Part shown: positions 21,131 to 30,169 of the stretch, one piece after another
Numbering within the stretch: position 1 is the stretch's first letter
Layout: the number at the start of each line of letters is the position of its first letter
Source: Candidatus Poribacteria bacterium
GTDB taxonomy: Bacteria; Poribacteria; WGA-4E; PCPOR2b
NCBI GenBank assembly: GCA_965215015.1
Contig: OZ244042.1
Span: 1,696,001 to 1,760,000, forward strand
Length of the DNA stretch: 64,000 nt
Direction of reading: 5' to 3'
The notes under the pieces: model-generated
Databases searched by the model: none
What the model was told of the DNA's origin: nothing
Seen by the model: the letters and a program-made list of their open reading frames with translations, nothing else
Position numbers and translations under genes: made by a program

Positions 21131-22495
21131 ATGGAGGAAAAGATGAAAAGCGATATCCCAATTTTTTACGACCCTAAAATCGAAACCATATCAAGGAGCG
21201 GCTTGGAGGCCTTACAACTTTCAAAACTCAAATGGCAGGTTGACCGATGCTATCATCAGAGCGAATTCTACCGAGAACGCTTCGATGCAAGAGGGGTATC
21301 GCCGGCAAATGTCAAAACCCTAGATGATATCCGCAAGTTTCCCTTCGTCCACAAGGAGGAGCTGCGCAAGGAGCAGGCGCAATACCCGTTTCTGGGAAGA
21401 TTTACCGTTGCACCGGAGACTGAGTTCCGGGAAGTCCACCCAAGCACGGGAACGACGGGCACGCCTGTCAACACAATTTGGAGCGCGACTGACGTGCAGT
21501 ACATCACGGAAGTGACGGCAAGGACGCTCTGGAGTATCGGTGTCCGCCCGGGAGATATCTTGCAGAACGCTTTTGCGTATGGACTCTGGGTGGCAGGATT
21601 GGCTGTGCACTACGCCGGCACAAAAATCGGTTGCCTAGTCATTCCAATCGGTGCGGCGTTGACCGAAAGACAAATCGATTATATGGTGCGTCTCAAGAGC
21701 ACCGTCCTCATCGCTACCCCTTCTTATGCCATCTATCTCGCCGAACAACTGAAAACACATGACTACAACACATCGGATGTCAACCTCCGAATTGGCTGCT
21801 TTGGTGGGGAGCCGGGCACGGAGGTGCCGGCAACACGCAGAGCCATCGAGAGAGGTCTCGGCATTGATGCCTACGACTACTATGGGCTCGCTGAAATTGG
21901 CCCTACTTTTGCCAGCGAATGCACTCACAAAGCAGGACTGCACTGGAGCGAGGATCTCCATTTAATCGAGGTGATTAATCCTGAAACGAAAGAACCTGTT
22001 CCGGAAGGGGAGGTGGGTATTCTGGTCATCACACATCTTGAGCGGAGTGCCACGCCGATGATCCGGTACTGGACAAATGACCTCGTGCGGCTTGACCGAT
22101 CACCATGTTCGTGTGGACGCACCCATGCCCGCTCTCCTGAAGGCATCTTAGGCAGGGCAGACGATATGATTGTTTTTATGGGTGTCAACTTTTATCCGAT
22201 GCGGGTAGAGCAGGTAGTGCGCTCATTTGAGGAACTGAGTCCCGAATACCGTATTCGGTTGACACACGATACCTCAACGCATCGGGACATCTGCACCATT
22301 TCGGTTGAGTTGGAACAGGAGGAAATACCTCAGGAGCAGGTATTAATGCTTCAGCAAAAGACCGTAGACGCCCTCCGAGAAACGTTGGGTTTCCGACCAG
22401 AGGTAGAATTTGTCCGTCAAGGGACTTTGGAACGCACAGCGTTTAAGGCAAAGCGGGTAATCGAGGAAAGGCCTGCATTTGCCAAGCAGTCGTAG
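21131..22495 (+). CDS. paaK: Phenylacetate-CoA ligase family protein
   Basis: STGTTGTP loop, YGLAEIGP, IRYWTND, CSCGRT, GRADDM. Confidence 0.8.
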   Translation: MEEKMKSDIPIFYDPKIETISRSGLEALQLSKLKWQVDRCYHQSEFYRERFDARGVSPANVKTLDDIRKFPFVHKEELRKEQAQYPFLGRFTVAPETEFREVHPSTGTTGTPVNTIWSATDVQYITEVTARTLWSIGVRPGDILQNAFAYGLWVAGLAVHYAGTKIGCLVIPIGAALTERQIDYMVRLKSTVLIATPSYAIYLAEQLKTHDYNTSDVNLRIGCFGGEPGTEVPATRRAIERGLGIDAYDYYGLAEIGPTFASECTHKAGLHWSEDLHLIEVINPETKEPVPEGEVGILVITHLERSATPMIRYWTNDLVRLDRSPCSCGRTHARSPEGILGRADDMIVFMGVNFYPMRVEQVVRSFEELSPEYRIRLTHDTSTHRDICTISVELEQEEIPQEQVLMLQQKTVDALRETLGFRPEVEFVRQGTLERTAFKAKRVIEERPAFAKQS

Positions 22496-22567
22496 CATTC
22501 TTTGGTTAAATTCAACTTTTCAAAGTTGACAATACAATAATCTAGTACAGGAGGTTTGAGAATAATA

Positions 22568-22918
22568 ATGAGAATAACCCGTCTGTATAGTGGCTCCGAT
22601 GGCGAGTCTCACTTTGAGGATATAGAGATTCCGCTTGAAGATAGTGGTGACATAGGCAGGATGTCACAGCTTCAGGAGGTGACTGGCATCATTTTTCGAG
22701 AAACTGGGCCCGACTACGACTATGATTGGCATACCGTTCCACAAAGGCAATACGTCATCACATTAAGCGGTGCGGTTGACATTGAGGTAGGGGATGGCAC
22801 GATACGACGATTCCGCCCGGGGGATATCCTTTTGGCAGAGGATACTACCGGTAAGGGGCATCGCAGCCGAGCAGTCAACGCCCAACCTCGGAAGAGCATT
22901 TTTGTGACGCTAGACTGA
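22568..22918 (+). CDS. Small cupin-like protein
   Basis: DGESHFED, WHTVPQRQY, PGDILLAEDTTGKGH. Confidence 0.75.
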   Translation: MRITRLYSGSDGESHFEDIEIPLEDSGDIGRMSQLQEVTGIIFRETGPDYDYDWHTVPQRQYVITLSGAVDIEVGDGTIRRFRPGDILLAEDTTGKGHRSRAVNAQPRKSIFVTLD

Positions 22919-23027
22919 GATAGTAGTAACTTAAAAAAAGGAAACAAATCGGCAGCACTCACGTTTTATGCTAGGCGATGCCCTATTCAGGTTGCAACTT
23001 TTCACCCGCTTTGTCCGTTTTTATTAG

Positions 23028-23325
23028 CTAGGACGTGTTGACATTTTGCTATCTCCTTAGAAATCTTTAATGTCAACAATTCATAGGTTGAGCTTCTTCG
23101 CCTAACCTATGAATTGGCATGAGGTCGGGCAAGACACCCGACCTACGGGGATTGGTCTCAGTCCTGATAGATCGATATTTGTAAGTCAAGTTTCCATACT
23201 CGACACCTACTAGAGACAACTTATAGACGGAACACCAACCTGTTGGGCGAGGGAACCGAGCCCCTAAGATGAAATGTTTATCAGCAAATGACGGACACGC
23301 CTCACATAAATGTCAACAGAACCTA
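23028..23325. mobile_element. MITE copy A (TIR TAGGnnnTGTTGACATTT / AAATGTCAACAGAACCTA), composite with internal REPs
   Basis: Terminal inverted repeats; an extra internal end at 23069-23086; the right part is homologous (inverted) to 47961-48050. Confidence 0.6.
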
Positions 23326-23442
23326 TGTACTGAAGCCTTATCCGGTTGTCACTGAAAAGCGAAAAAGAGCTTTGAATTAGGGATTGGCCGCCGATGGGAA
23401 AGATTAAGCTAAATCAGTAACCTCACTCAGGAGTTGGAAAAA

Positions 23443-24792
23443 ATGAAATCGCTTGAAGATCGAAGCATGGGAGAACAGGGATTGTCTATAATTTGGAAGA
23501 AAAATTGGATTCATCATATATGGATCTGCCTTCTGCCGGTGCTCCTCTTTGCCTGTAGCGGCTCCCTTGGGAAAATTCAATTGGAAAACGTCAATGCCGT
23601 TATCGCACAATCTGAAACGTCAATCGAACAGGCACGTCTTGCAAACGCACAGGCCCTTGCTTTAGACACTTTGCAGCAGGCGGAAAATGCCCTCGCAGGC
23701 GCGAAGGAAGCTGTGGAGGTAAAGGATGGACGCGGAGCAATGCACCTAGCATATAATGCCTTGACTCAAGCACAAATTGCTGAACAAGAGGCGATGTATA
23801 AATCGCAGGGGAATGGATTAAATGCTATCATCAAACGAAAGGAAGCGGATATCGTTGCACTTCAAGCAAATTTGCAAACAGCAGATGGGGCACTCGAAAA
23901 ATCTCGAACCGATATCCGGCAATTGGATATAGAAAAGAATCAGCTGCAAGCTGACATGGCCCAGAAGCTCCGAGAGATTGAACAAGCGCACCAAGAGACA
24001 TTGCACAATTATGATAAAGCCAAAACTGAGCATAAGGACCTTCAGTCAAAATTGGCTGCGGCCCAAACACTACTTCTCCAAGCGCAGAATCGAGTCGAGG
24101 AACATGAGTGTCAAGTTCATCAATTACGTCGTGAACTGGCAGATGCCCAATCGTTAATGGAGACAACTCGCAAGGAGCCTGTAGAAGCGCGAATAAAGAC
24201 AGCGGCGCAGACCCAAAGGTATTCAAGAGACATTAAACAACCGGATCAGCCCAATGTGCTAAAACGACAGGAAGATACGCTAGCCCGAAAAAAACAGGAA
24301 GCAAAGGCTTATGTTCAGCAACAGCCCAGAAAACAACCGGCTCGGACCAACATTACCTCGCTGACCACCAAACAGATTGCTAGCGGTCGAACAGTGATCA
24401 ACGGTTGGGCACTCGCATGGGCAGCAAAAGATATGCACCGACACCTGAGTGGGTATATCCAAGGCGCAGCACTAGACCAAACCATTATTCGCTCCAGCAA
24501 CGAAGAGCGAACTCATCTTAACCGTACGCAAATGGCCAATGCGCTGAAAGAGATGGTGAATGCCGGGTGGAAAGAAACGGATTCCAAGTTCGATGCAGAC
24601 GGGGAGAGTGTTATTGCTACCTATCGATTTAGCCGCCTTTCACGAGATGTAGCGAGTGGAGAGGGGCCTGCCCTGCATGATTTGTGGACGCGGGAAGTAT
24701 GGGCGCGTCAAGTTGGAGCTGAGTGGAAAATAGTCCGTGAAAGCTGGCGGATTTACGAGGCTGTTCCAAGGTATAGCACAGCTTTTAATTAG
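23443..24792 (+). CDS. Lipoprotein with DUF4398-like helices, long coiled coil and C-terminal NTF2/SnoaL-like domain
   Basis: Lipobox LFAC; Ala/Gln-rich heptads; WALAWAAKD...Y and WKIVRESW. Confidence 0.6.
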   Translation: MKSLEDRSMGEQGLSIIWKKNWIHHIWICLLPVLLFACSGSLGKIQLENVNAVIAQSETSIEQARLANAQALALDTLQQAENALAGAKEAVEVKDGRGAMHLAYNALTQAQIAEQEAMYKSQGNGLNAIIKRKEADIVALQANLQTADGALEKSRTDIRQLDIEKNQLQADMAQKLREIEQAHQETLHNYDKAKTEHKDLQSKLAAAQTLLLQAQNRVEEHECQVHQLRRELADAQSLMETTRKEPVEARIKTAAQTQRYSRDIKQPDQPNVLKRQEDTLARKKQEAKAYVQQQPRKQPARTNITSLTTKQIASGRTVINGWALAWAAKDMHRHLSGYIQGAALDQTIIRSSNEERTHLNRTQMANALKEMVNAGWKETDSKFDADGESVIATYRFSRLSRDVASGEGPALHDLWTREVWARQVGAEWKIVRESWRIYEAVPRYSTAFN

Positions 24793-24804
24793 GAGGGCAG
24801 ATTG

Positions 24805-25926
24805 ATGCAATCAGGGCGTTCCGTCAAACGAATGACGCAATTCGGGAAAACTGAATTTGTTACCACGTTTCAGAATCCCAACACCCGTTTTGCTGCGATC
24901 GGTATTATCGGAGCGGCCATCATCCTCTTAGCAATGGTGTTTGGAATACAAATTTTTGAAAAGGTTGGGACGATTGAGGTATTCCTCCAACAATGGAAGC
25001 AGGCTGTTGAATCAAAGCAACCGATGCTATATCAGCAGCTATGGGATTCGACCGCACGAACCAAAAACCAGAATCAGTACGAACGTGCATTAAAACTCTT
25101 CAGCAGAGAAAAGATTAAAGTAGATATAGCTGGGCCTCTTCCTCGAAAAGATCTCAGGGACACGAATCGACAGCGGATTGAACGCATCCCTGTCACACTC
25201 TACCAAAATGGAAAGGTTTTAGTTATAATCTATCGGGATTTAACTGTTGAAAAGAAGGGACTCTTGCAACGCTGGAAACTGATAGACGATAGAATTCATG
25301 ATGAGTTGGAATATCCCGAAACCACTGAGGAGTATCTCGTTCAAGATCAAGAAATTCTTGCTCAATCTGCCAATCCAACGCCTGAAAGCTCTCCGTTGCC
25401 CTCCCCTAAAGCTCCGGTTTCATCTAGTAACATTGCAACGTCTCGAACCGCTGCATCAGAAAAATCCTCGCCTATTGATGGTGAGGCACCGCTCGATACT
25501 CAGCTTAAATTGAGTCAAGTTTTGGGGGAATGGCAGCAGGCTTGGCAAGAAAAGAATCTCAAAACCTATATGTCGAAGTATGCAGAGGAGGCTGAGATAA
25601 TAAGGAGCACCATTAACAAAGGACAAGAATATCCGACCCGGTTAAACAAAAAGCAGTTGCGAGAAAAAATGGAAGCTCTCAATACGCAGTATAGCAAAAT
25701 CAAAGTAGATATCTTTCATTTGCAGATCAACGGAGACAACGCAGTAGCGGAGGTCAATTTCTTCCAAGAATTTGTCGGCATTCGCGCTTCTGGAAGTCAA
25801 CCCGTTTACTCAGATTTCGGCAAGAAGGAGTTAGTTTTTATGGTAGATCCCGCCGACGGCCTCTGGAAGATTTACTCTGAGAGTTGGAAACTCTATAAAA
25901 ACGTTCCCAAGTATCCCAAACTTTAA
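24805..25926 (+). CDS. Membrane-anchored protein with two NTF2-like domains and a Pro/Ser linker
   Basis: One TM helix; WKQAVESK...WKLIDD and WQQAWQEKNLKTYMSKY...YSDFGKKEL...WKIYSESW. Confidence 0.6.
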   Translation: MQSGRSVKRMTQFGKTEFVTTFQNPNTRFAAIGIIGAAIILLAMVFGIQIFEKVGTIEVFLQQWKQAVESKQPMLYQQLWDSTARTKNQNQYERALKLFSREKIKVDIAGPLPRKDLRDTNRQRIERIPVTLYQNGKVLVIIYRDLTVEKKGLLQRWKLIDDRIHDELEYPETTEEYLVQDQEILAQSANPTPESSPLPSPKAPVSSSNIATSRTAASEKSSPIDGEAPLDTQLKLSQVLGEWQQAWQEKNLKTYMSKYAEEAEIIRSTINKGQEYPTRLNKKQLREKMEALNTQYSKIKVDIFHLQINGDNAVAEVNFFQEFVGIRASGSQPVYSDFGKKELVFMVDPADGLWKIYSESWKLYKNVPKYPKL

Positions 25927-26063
25927 TCATCATTTTGGATTGAATTGCTATCACCGATTCATTGAAACTCTGTAATCGTCCATGCGTTTTTTGTTACCCA
26001 AATAACTTCAGCGTTCATCGGGGGCTGAATACACCCAAAATTTCATCTTAAAGGATAAGAACG

Positions 26064-26549
26064 ATGACTAAAATCTTACGTGTATCACTAGTTCTTTCGC
26101 ACGTGGTTTTACTTGCTGTTGCCCTATGCTTACTTGGTTGTGGAGGAAGTAGCGTTGAAAACCCACTTCGGGAATCGGAGGAAACCGGCAACACACTCAC
26201 ACAGGTAGAACCAGAGGACCAATCGCTTAACGTCAATGTCAATGTGAGCAAAGATACTGTCCAAGCTGGTGAGACAGTCAACATGACAGTAACTGTTGAC
26301 GAGCTTCGTGGAAACATCATCTTTAATTGGATTAACACAACCGGTTACGGCACACTGACCACTCTGGGTCAAAATAAGGCGATTTGGGCTGCCCCAGAAA
26401 TTCCAGACACGGGCGGAGTCAAAGTTGAAGTGCTCCAGCTTGTTGTTACAGCGATTAGCCAAGTAGTCTCGGTCGAAGCATCAGGGGTTGATACAGATAC
26501 TGAAGTCCTAACATCAACCAAAACCATACTGCTCACCGTTACCAATTGA
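26064..26549 (+). CDS. Hypothetical lipoprotein, Ig-like beta-rich
   Basis: Lipobox LLGC; Val/Thr-rich strands. Confidence 0.6.
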   Translation: MTKILRVSLVLSHVVLLAVALCLLGCGGSSVENPLRESEETGNTLTQVEPEDQSLNVNVNVSKDTVQAGETVNMTVTVDELRGNIIFNWINTTGYGTLTTLGQNKAIWAAPEIPDTGGVKVEVLQLVVTAISQVVSVEASGVDTDTEVLTSTKTILLTVTN

Positions 26550-26643
26550 CAACTGATGCTCCTGCCTTATCACAACGAAATTTTTACACCAATTTGAAGC
26601 TGATATTACACAATCAGCTGCTTAATCAACCCATTAGTGAGGA

Positions 26644-28272
26644 ATGGCAATGCGACATATCCCTACTTGCATGAAATCTAATAAAAAGGAAAAAGGGCAC
26701 CTCCTACCAACCGAATACGGACATCGTAGCCGTTGGCGTCAATTCTGCGTCGGGACCGTAGTGCTCTGGCTGCTGTACATCTCCATCGCCTCGGCTTCCT
26801 TTCGCCCGGTGATTGGTGCTAGGCCCCTTGGTATGAGCGGGGCGTTTATCAGCAGTCCCGAGTATTCAACGGGAGCCCTCTGGAATCCGGCGGGACTTGC
26901 AAGCCTTGAGCACGGCAGTTTGGTTTACGACCTATCCCAAGGCGCAGTTTCAGTGGGATATCCGATCCACTACGTAGGAACGCTTGGCTTCAGTGCTTTA
27001 GATCTGAATGGTGAAGACCGGTTCTTTCATGACCATCCGAACAATCCAGTCGGAACATTCGAGAGAGGTTATAATCAAGTTCTCCTGTCTTATGCCAGAT
27101 CAATCGGCAGCCGATTGCAGCTTGGTGGGAATTTTGGATACAATCGTGCGGCTAACCCCGGCAGCCAATGGAAGCCAAGTTACGATTTCGGTGCGATTGT
27201 TAAGCTGCCTCCGCATTTAATCCTAGGGGCAAGGTTAATAGATATATCTGGAGTCACCATTCTAGACCGAGCTGGAAGGACCCTGGAACAGTTCGATCAG
27301 ACATTTGCCGTTGGAGCAGCATGGAAACCGGCTCAACCGCTTCAGCTTAGCAGTGTGTTGGATACAACGTTGTGGCAGCTCAGAGTGGGTGCTGAAGTTG
27401 GCGCGTATGGACTGGCACTTCGGTTAGGTACTGCAATTGACCTCATAGGACTCCAGCCAGAGCCAGGTTGGAGTTCGGGGTTTTCTGTCAATATCCATGG
27501 TAAACATCTCCATTACGCCTACTTAAACCAGCCAGATGTGGCATATAAACATCTTCTCGCTGTTGGTTTGACATTTGATTTATTTGGTCAGACAGCCTTG
27601 GCTTCTGTGAGTAAAAAAGGAACTCCCGCGGCGAGAAAGGAGGCTTCAAGAAAGAAATGGAAAGCCTCCGTAAAAAAAGGAGAAACCCCTGTGAAGAAGG
27701 GGGAAACTTCCATCAAGAAGGAGGAGAAAACCCAAACGAAAAAGCCTCCCGAGCGGGCCACCGGTGATACGAAGCGAATTACCGACGATGCGAAAGATGC
27801 AAAATCTCCAACTATACAGATTGCGGAGCGGTACGGTGTCGATGTTGATCTCATCCTCGCTCTGGTCAAAAGGGAGTCAACCTTCAATCCCAAAGCAATC
27901 TCCCCCAGTGGTGCCGCTGGGTTGACGCAACTGATGCCACCGACAGCACGGGGACTCGGGCTCAAGGTTCCCCCCTATCAGAACGCAAGAAAGCCGACAC
28001 CAAATCCCAGCGTTGATGAACGCTTCCACCCGGTTAAAAACCTAGACGCAGGAGTCAAATATTTGCACGATATGCTTAAAAGGTATAATGGGAATTACAG
28101 TCTCTCACTTGCCGCCTATAATGTGGGACCAGGAAACGTTCGGAAAAACAAGAAACTCACTCGTTCAGCGGAACGGTATGTTGGCAAAGTTCTCAAAAAT
28201 TATTATCAATACAAGGCGAATGCTGACTTGAAAAATACGGATCTTCACAGATTGGATGCCTTTCTTAGATAA
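26644..28272 (+). CDS. PorV/FadL-like barrel fused to an SLT lytic transglycosylase domain
   Basis: N-terminal GARPLGMSGAF...WNPAGLA; Lys-rich linker; C-terminal RESTFNPKAISPSGAAGLTQLMP and LAAYNVGPG. Confidence 0.8.
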   Translation: MAMRHIPTCMKSNKKEKGHLLPTEYGHRSRWRQFCVGTVVLWLLYISIASASFRPVIGARPLGMSGAFISSPEYSTGALWNPAGLASLEHGSLVYDLSQGAVSVGYPIHYVGTLGFSALDLNGEDRFFHDHPNNPVGTFERGYNQVLLSYARSIGSRLQLGGNFGYNRAANPGSQWKPSYDFGAIVKLPPHLILGARLIDISGVTILDRAGRTLEQFDQTFAVGAAWKPAQPLQLSSVLDTTLWQLRVGAEVGAYGLALRLGTAIDLIGLQPEPGWSSGFSVNIHGKHLHYAYLNQPDVAYKHLLAVGLTFDLFGQTALASVSKKGTPAARKEASRKKWKASVKKGETPVKKGETSIKKEEKTQTKKPPERATGDTKRITDDAKDAKSPTIQIAERYGVDVDLILALVKRESTFNPKAISPSGAAGLTQLMPPTARGLGLKVPPYQNARKPTPNPSVDERFHPVKNLDAGVKYLHDMLKRYNGNYSLSLAAYNVGPGNVRKNKKLTRSAERYVGKVLKNYYQYKANADLKNTDLHRLDAFLR

Positions 28273-28355
28273 TAGAGGCGGGGGCATAACCTGGCTACAT
28301 CCGCAATCAGTGCTCGACTTTGGATCGGTAAATCCACGCTTAAATCTTTGGCGTA

Positions 28356-28405
28356 CTCCCACACCTAAAGGGTTTGGATTCTTCACTGTCCCTTTAGGTG
28401 TGGAG
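28356..28405. terminator. Strong hairpin between convergent genes (bidirectional terminator or REP)
   Basis: CACACCTAAAGGG...CCCTTTAGGTGTG, a perfect 13-bp inverted repeat. Confidence 0.5.
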
Positions 28406-28456
28406 TTGTGCACTCAACGAGGTGAACCATCAGCAGATGGGCTTACCGCTTTTCGC

Positions 28457-29659
28457 TTAAAGCCCCCAATGTTCATCAATCTCTTGCTGGTATCCGTTGA
28501 CCTTCCCATCAAGCACATCAGCAATAGCTACCACTTCGCCAGAATATCCTGACTCATAGATCGCGATTGAGATGGCTTTGGCTTGCAAGCCTGTCCAACC
28601 ATCTACTTCGGGTGGACGCCGATTCCTGATTGCATCGATAAAGTCGTAGATCTCCAACGCGAAACCGTCCTCAATCCCATACGGGAAAAGTCGCGCTTTC
28701 TCGTCATCGCTTAATGTTTCAAGGTACATTTTACGGAGTTCTTCCATGCTGTATTTTGTCCCATCAAGTCTCTCCGCCTCCCCTCGATCCTTAGCTGTAA
28801 ACGGATGAAAGACATCGCCGTTATCGCGGATGACACCTTCGGCACCGTAGAAAGCGACATTCAGATGATTAGCGCACGGTGCAGCGACTGTCCAACTCCA
28901 TGTTCCAACAACACCACTCTTGAAGGTGATGATTGCTACCCAAGTATCCTCATGGCAAGTGGGGACCCTTCCCTCCTTAGCATGATTGGCGAAGCGTCCA
29001 TCAATCTGACGGACTTCGGCGTAAACCTTTTCGACATCGCCGAAGAAGTAGCGAATGGTGTCCATCATGTGTGCACCGCTGTCCATCACCATGCCGCCGC
29101 CGCTAAACTCTTTTCCTAATCGCCAATGCCAATCCCCGATATTCGCCGGATCGTTCCAAACCGCAGATTGTGCGAAGAACAGCCGGGGCGCACCGACAAT
29201 GTTTCCTTCGTTGAGTGCCCATCTGACAGTTCGTTGTCCGGGTGCCCTGCGACAGTTCTCTGCCGTAGCGGTGAGGCGTCCATGCTTCTCCGCAACTTCA
29301 ATCATGTTCTGGCTTGCTTTGATCGTTACCCCAAACGGCTTCTCGGTCATGATATCAACGCCAGATTCAAGGCAAGGGATGGCGGAAATGTGATGATAGG
29401 CGTGCGACGTACAGATATCCGCCCCGCTCAAATCCTCTGCTTTTAGCATTTCCTCAACGTCATCGTAAACGCGGGGCATCGTTCCCTGTAATTCTGCAAC
29501 CCGTTCTGCGTAATCCTGCGCTGCTTCCCTGTGCACATCGCACGTTGCTTCAATTGAAAAGGTGTCAACCCCTTTTTCCGCTAGTGCTTGATAGCCCTGT
29601 AGATGTGCGTTTGCGATTCCACCACAACCAATGATTGCTAAACGAACTTTATTTGACAC
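28457..29659 (-). CDS. Gfo/Idh/MocA family oxidoreductase
   Basis: IIGCGGIA, EKP, GGGMVMDSGAH. Confidence 0.9.
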   Translation of the reverse strand: MSNKVRLAIIGCGGIANAHLQGYQALAEKGVDTFSIEATCDVHREAAQDYAERVAELQGTMPRVYDDVEEMLKAEDLSGADICTSHAYHHISAIPCLESGVDIMTEKPFGVTIKASQNMIEVAEKHGRLTATAENCRRAPGQRTVRWALNEGNIVGAPRLFFAQSAVWNDPANIGDWHWRLGKEFSGGGMVMDSGAHMMDTIRYFFGDVEKVYAEVRQIDGRFANHAKEGRVPTCHEDTWVAIITFKSGVVGTWSWTVAAPCANHLNVAFYGAEGVIRDNGDVFHPFTAKDRGEAERLDGTKYSMEELRKMYLETLSDDEKARLFPYGIEDGFALEIYDFIDAIRNRRPPEVDGWTGLQAKAISIAIYESGYSGEVVAIADVLDGKVNGYQQEIDEHWGL

Positions 29660-29837
29660 AGTTATCCCCCTAGAGCTCATGAACCTTCGATAGGCTTGGA
29701 ATAAAATCTTGACTTTTTGACAGCTTCAGTTTACTATACCTATGCTCAGATAATTTTGTCAATAATCTTTTCGTAACGCATTATGTTTTACGCGATTTGC
29801 GTTTTTCGGACTAACAACAAACAGGGAAAGATTTCGC

Positions 29838-30125
29838 ATGACCGTTGGAAAAGTTGTGGGAACAGTCGTTGCTACACGAAAAGATGAAAAACTCATCGGT
29901 AGTAAGTTGCTGATTGTGCAGGATACCGAACTCGATGGAACCCTCCTCAGTCGATATACAGTTGCCGTTGATGCTGTCGGCGCAGGGGTCGGTGAGTTGG
30001 TGCTCACCGCGGCAGGAAGTTCAGCCCGTCAAACCGATGCCACCAAGAACAAGCCCGTTGACGCGGTGATCATGGCAATTATCGATTCGATTGAGGTGTA
30101 TGGGGAAATTCAGTTTCAGAAGTAG
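29838..30125 (+). CDS. Bacterial microcompartment vertex (BMC-P) protein, EutN/CcmL family
   Basis: GKVVGTVVATRK, AVDAVGAGVGE, GSSAR, PVDAVIMAIID. Confidence 0.92.
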   Translation: MTVGKVVGTVVATRKDEKLIGSKLLIVQDTELDGTLLSRYTVAVDAVGAGVGELVLTAAGSSARQTDATKNKPVDAVIMAIIDSIEVYGEIQFQK

Positions 30126-30169
30126 CAATGGATATGCTTCTTTAGGAAACATCAACCGTTCACATCAAA

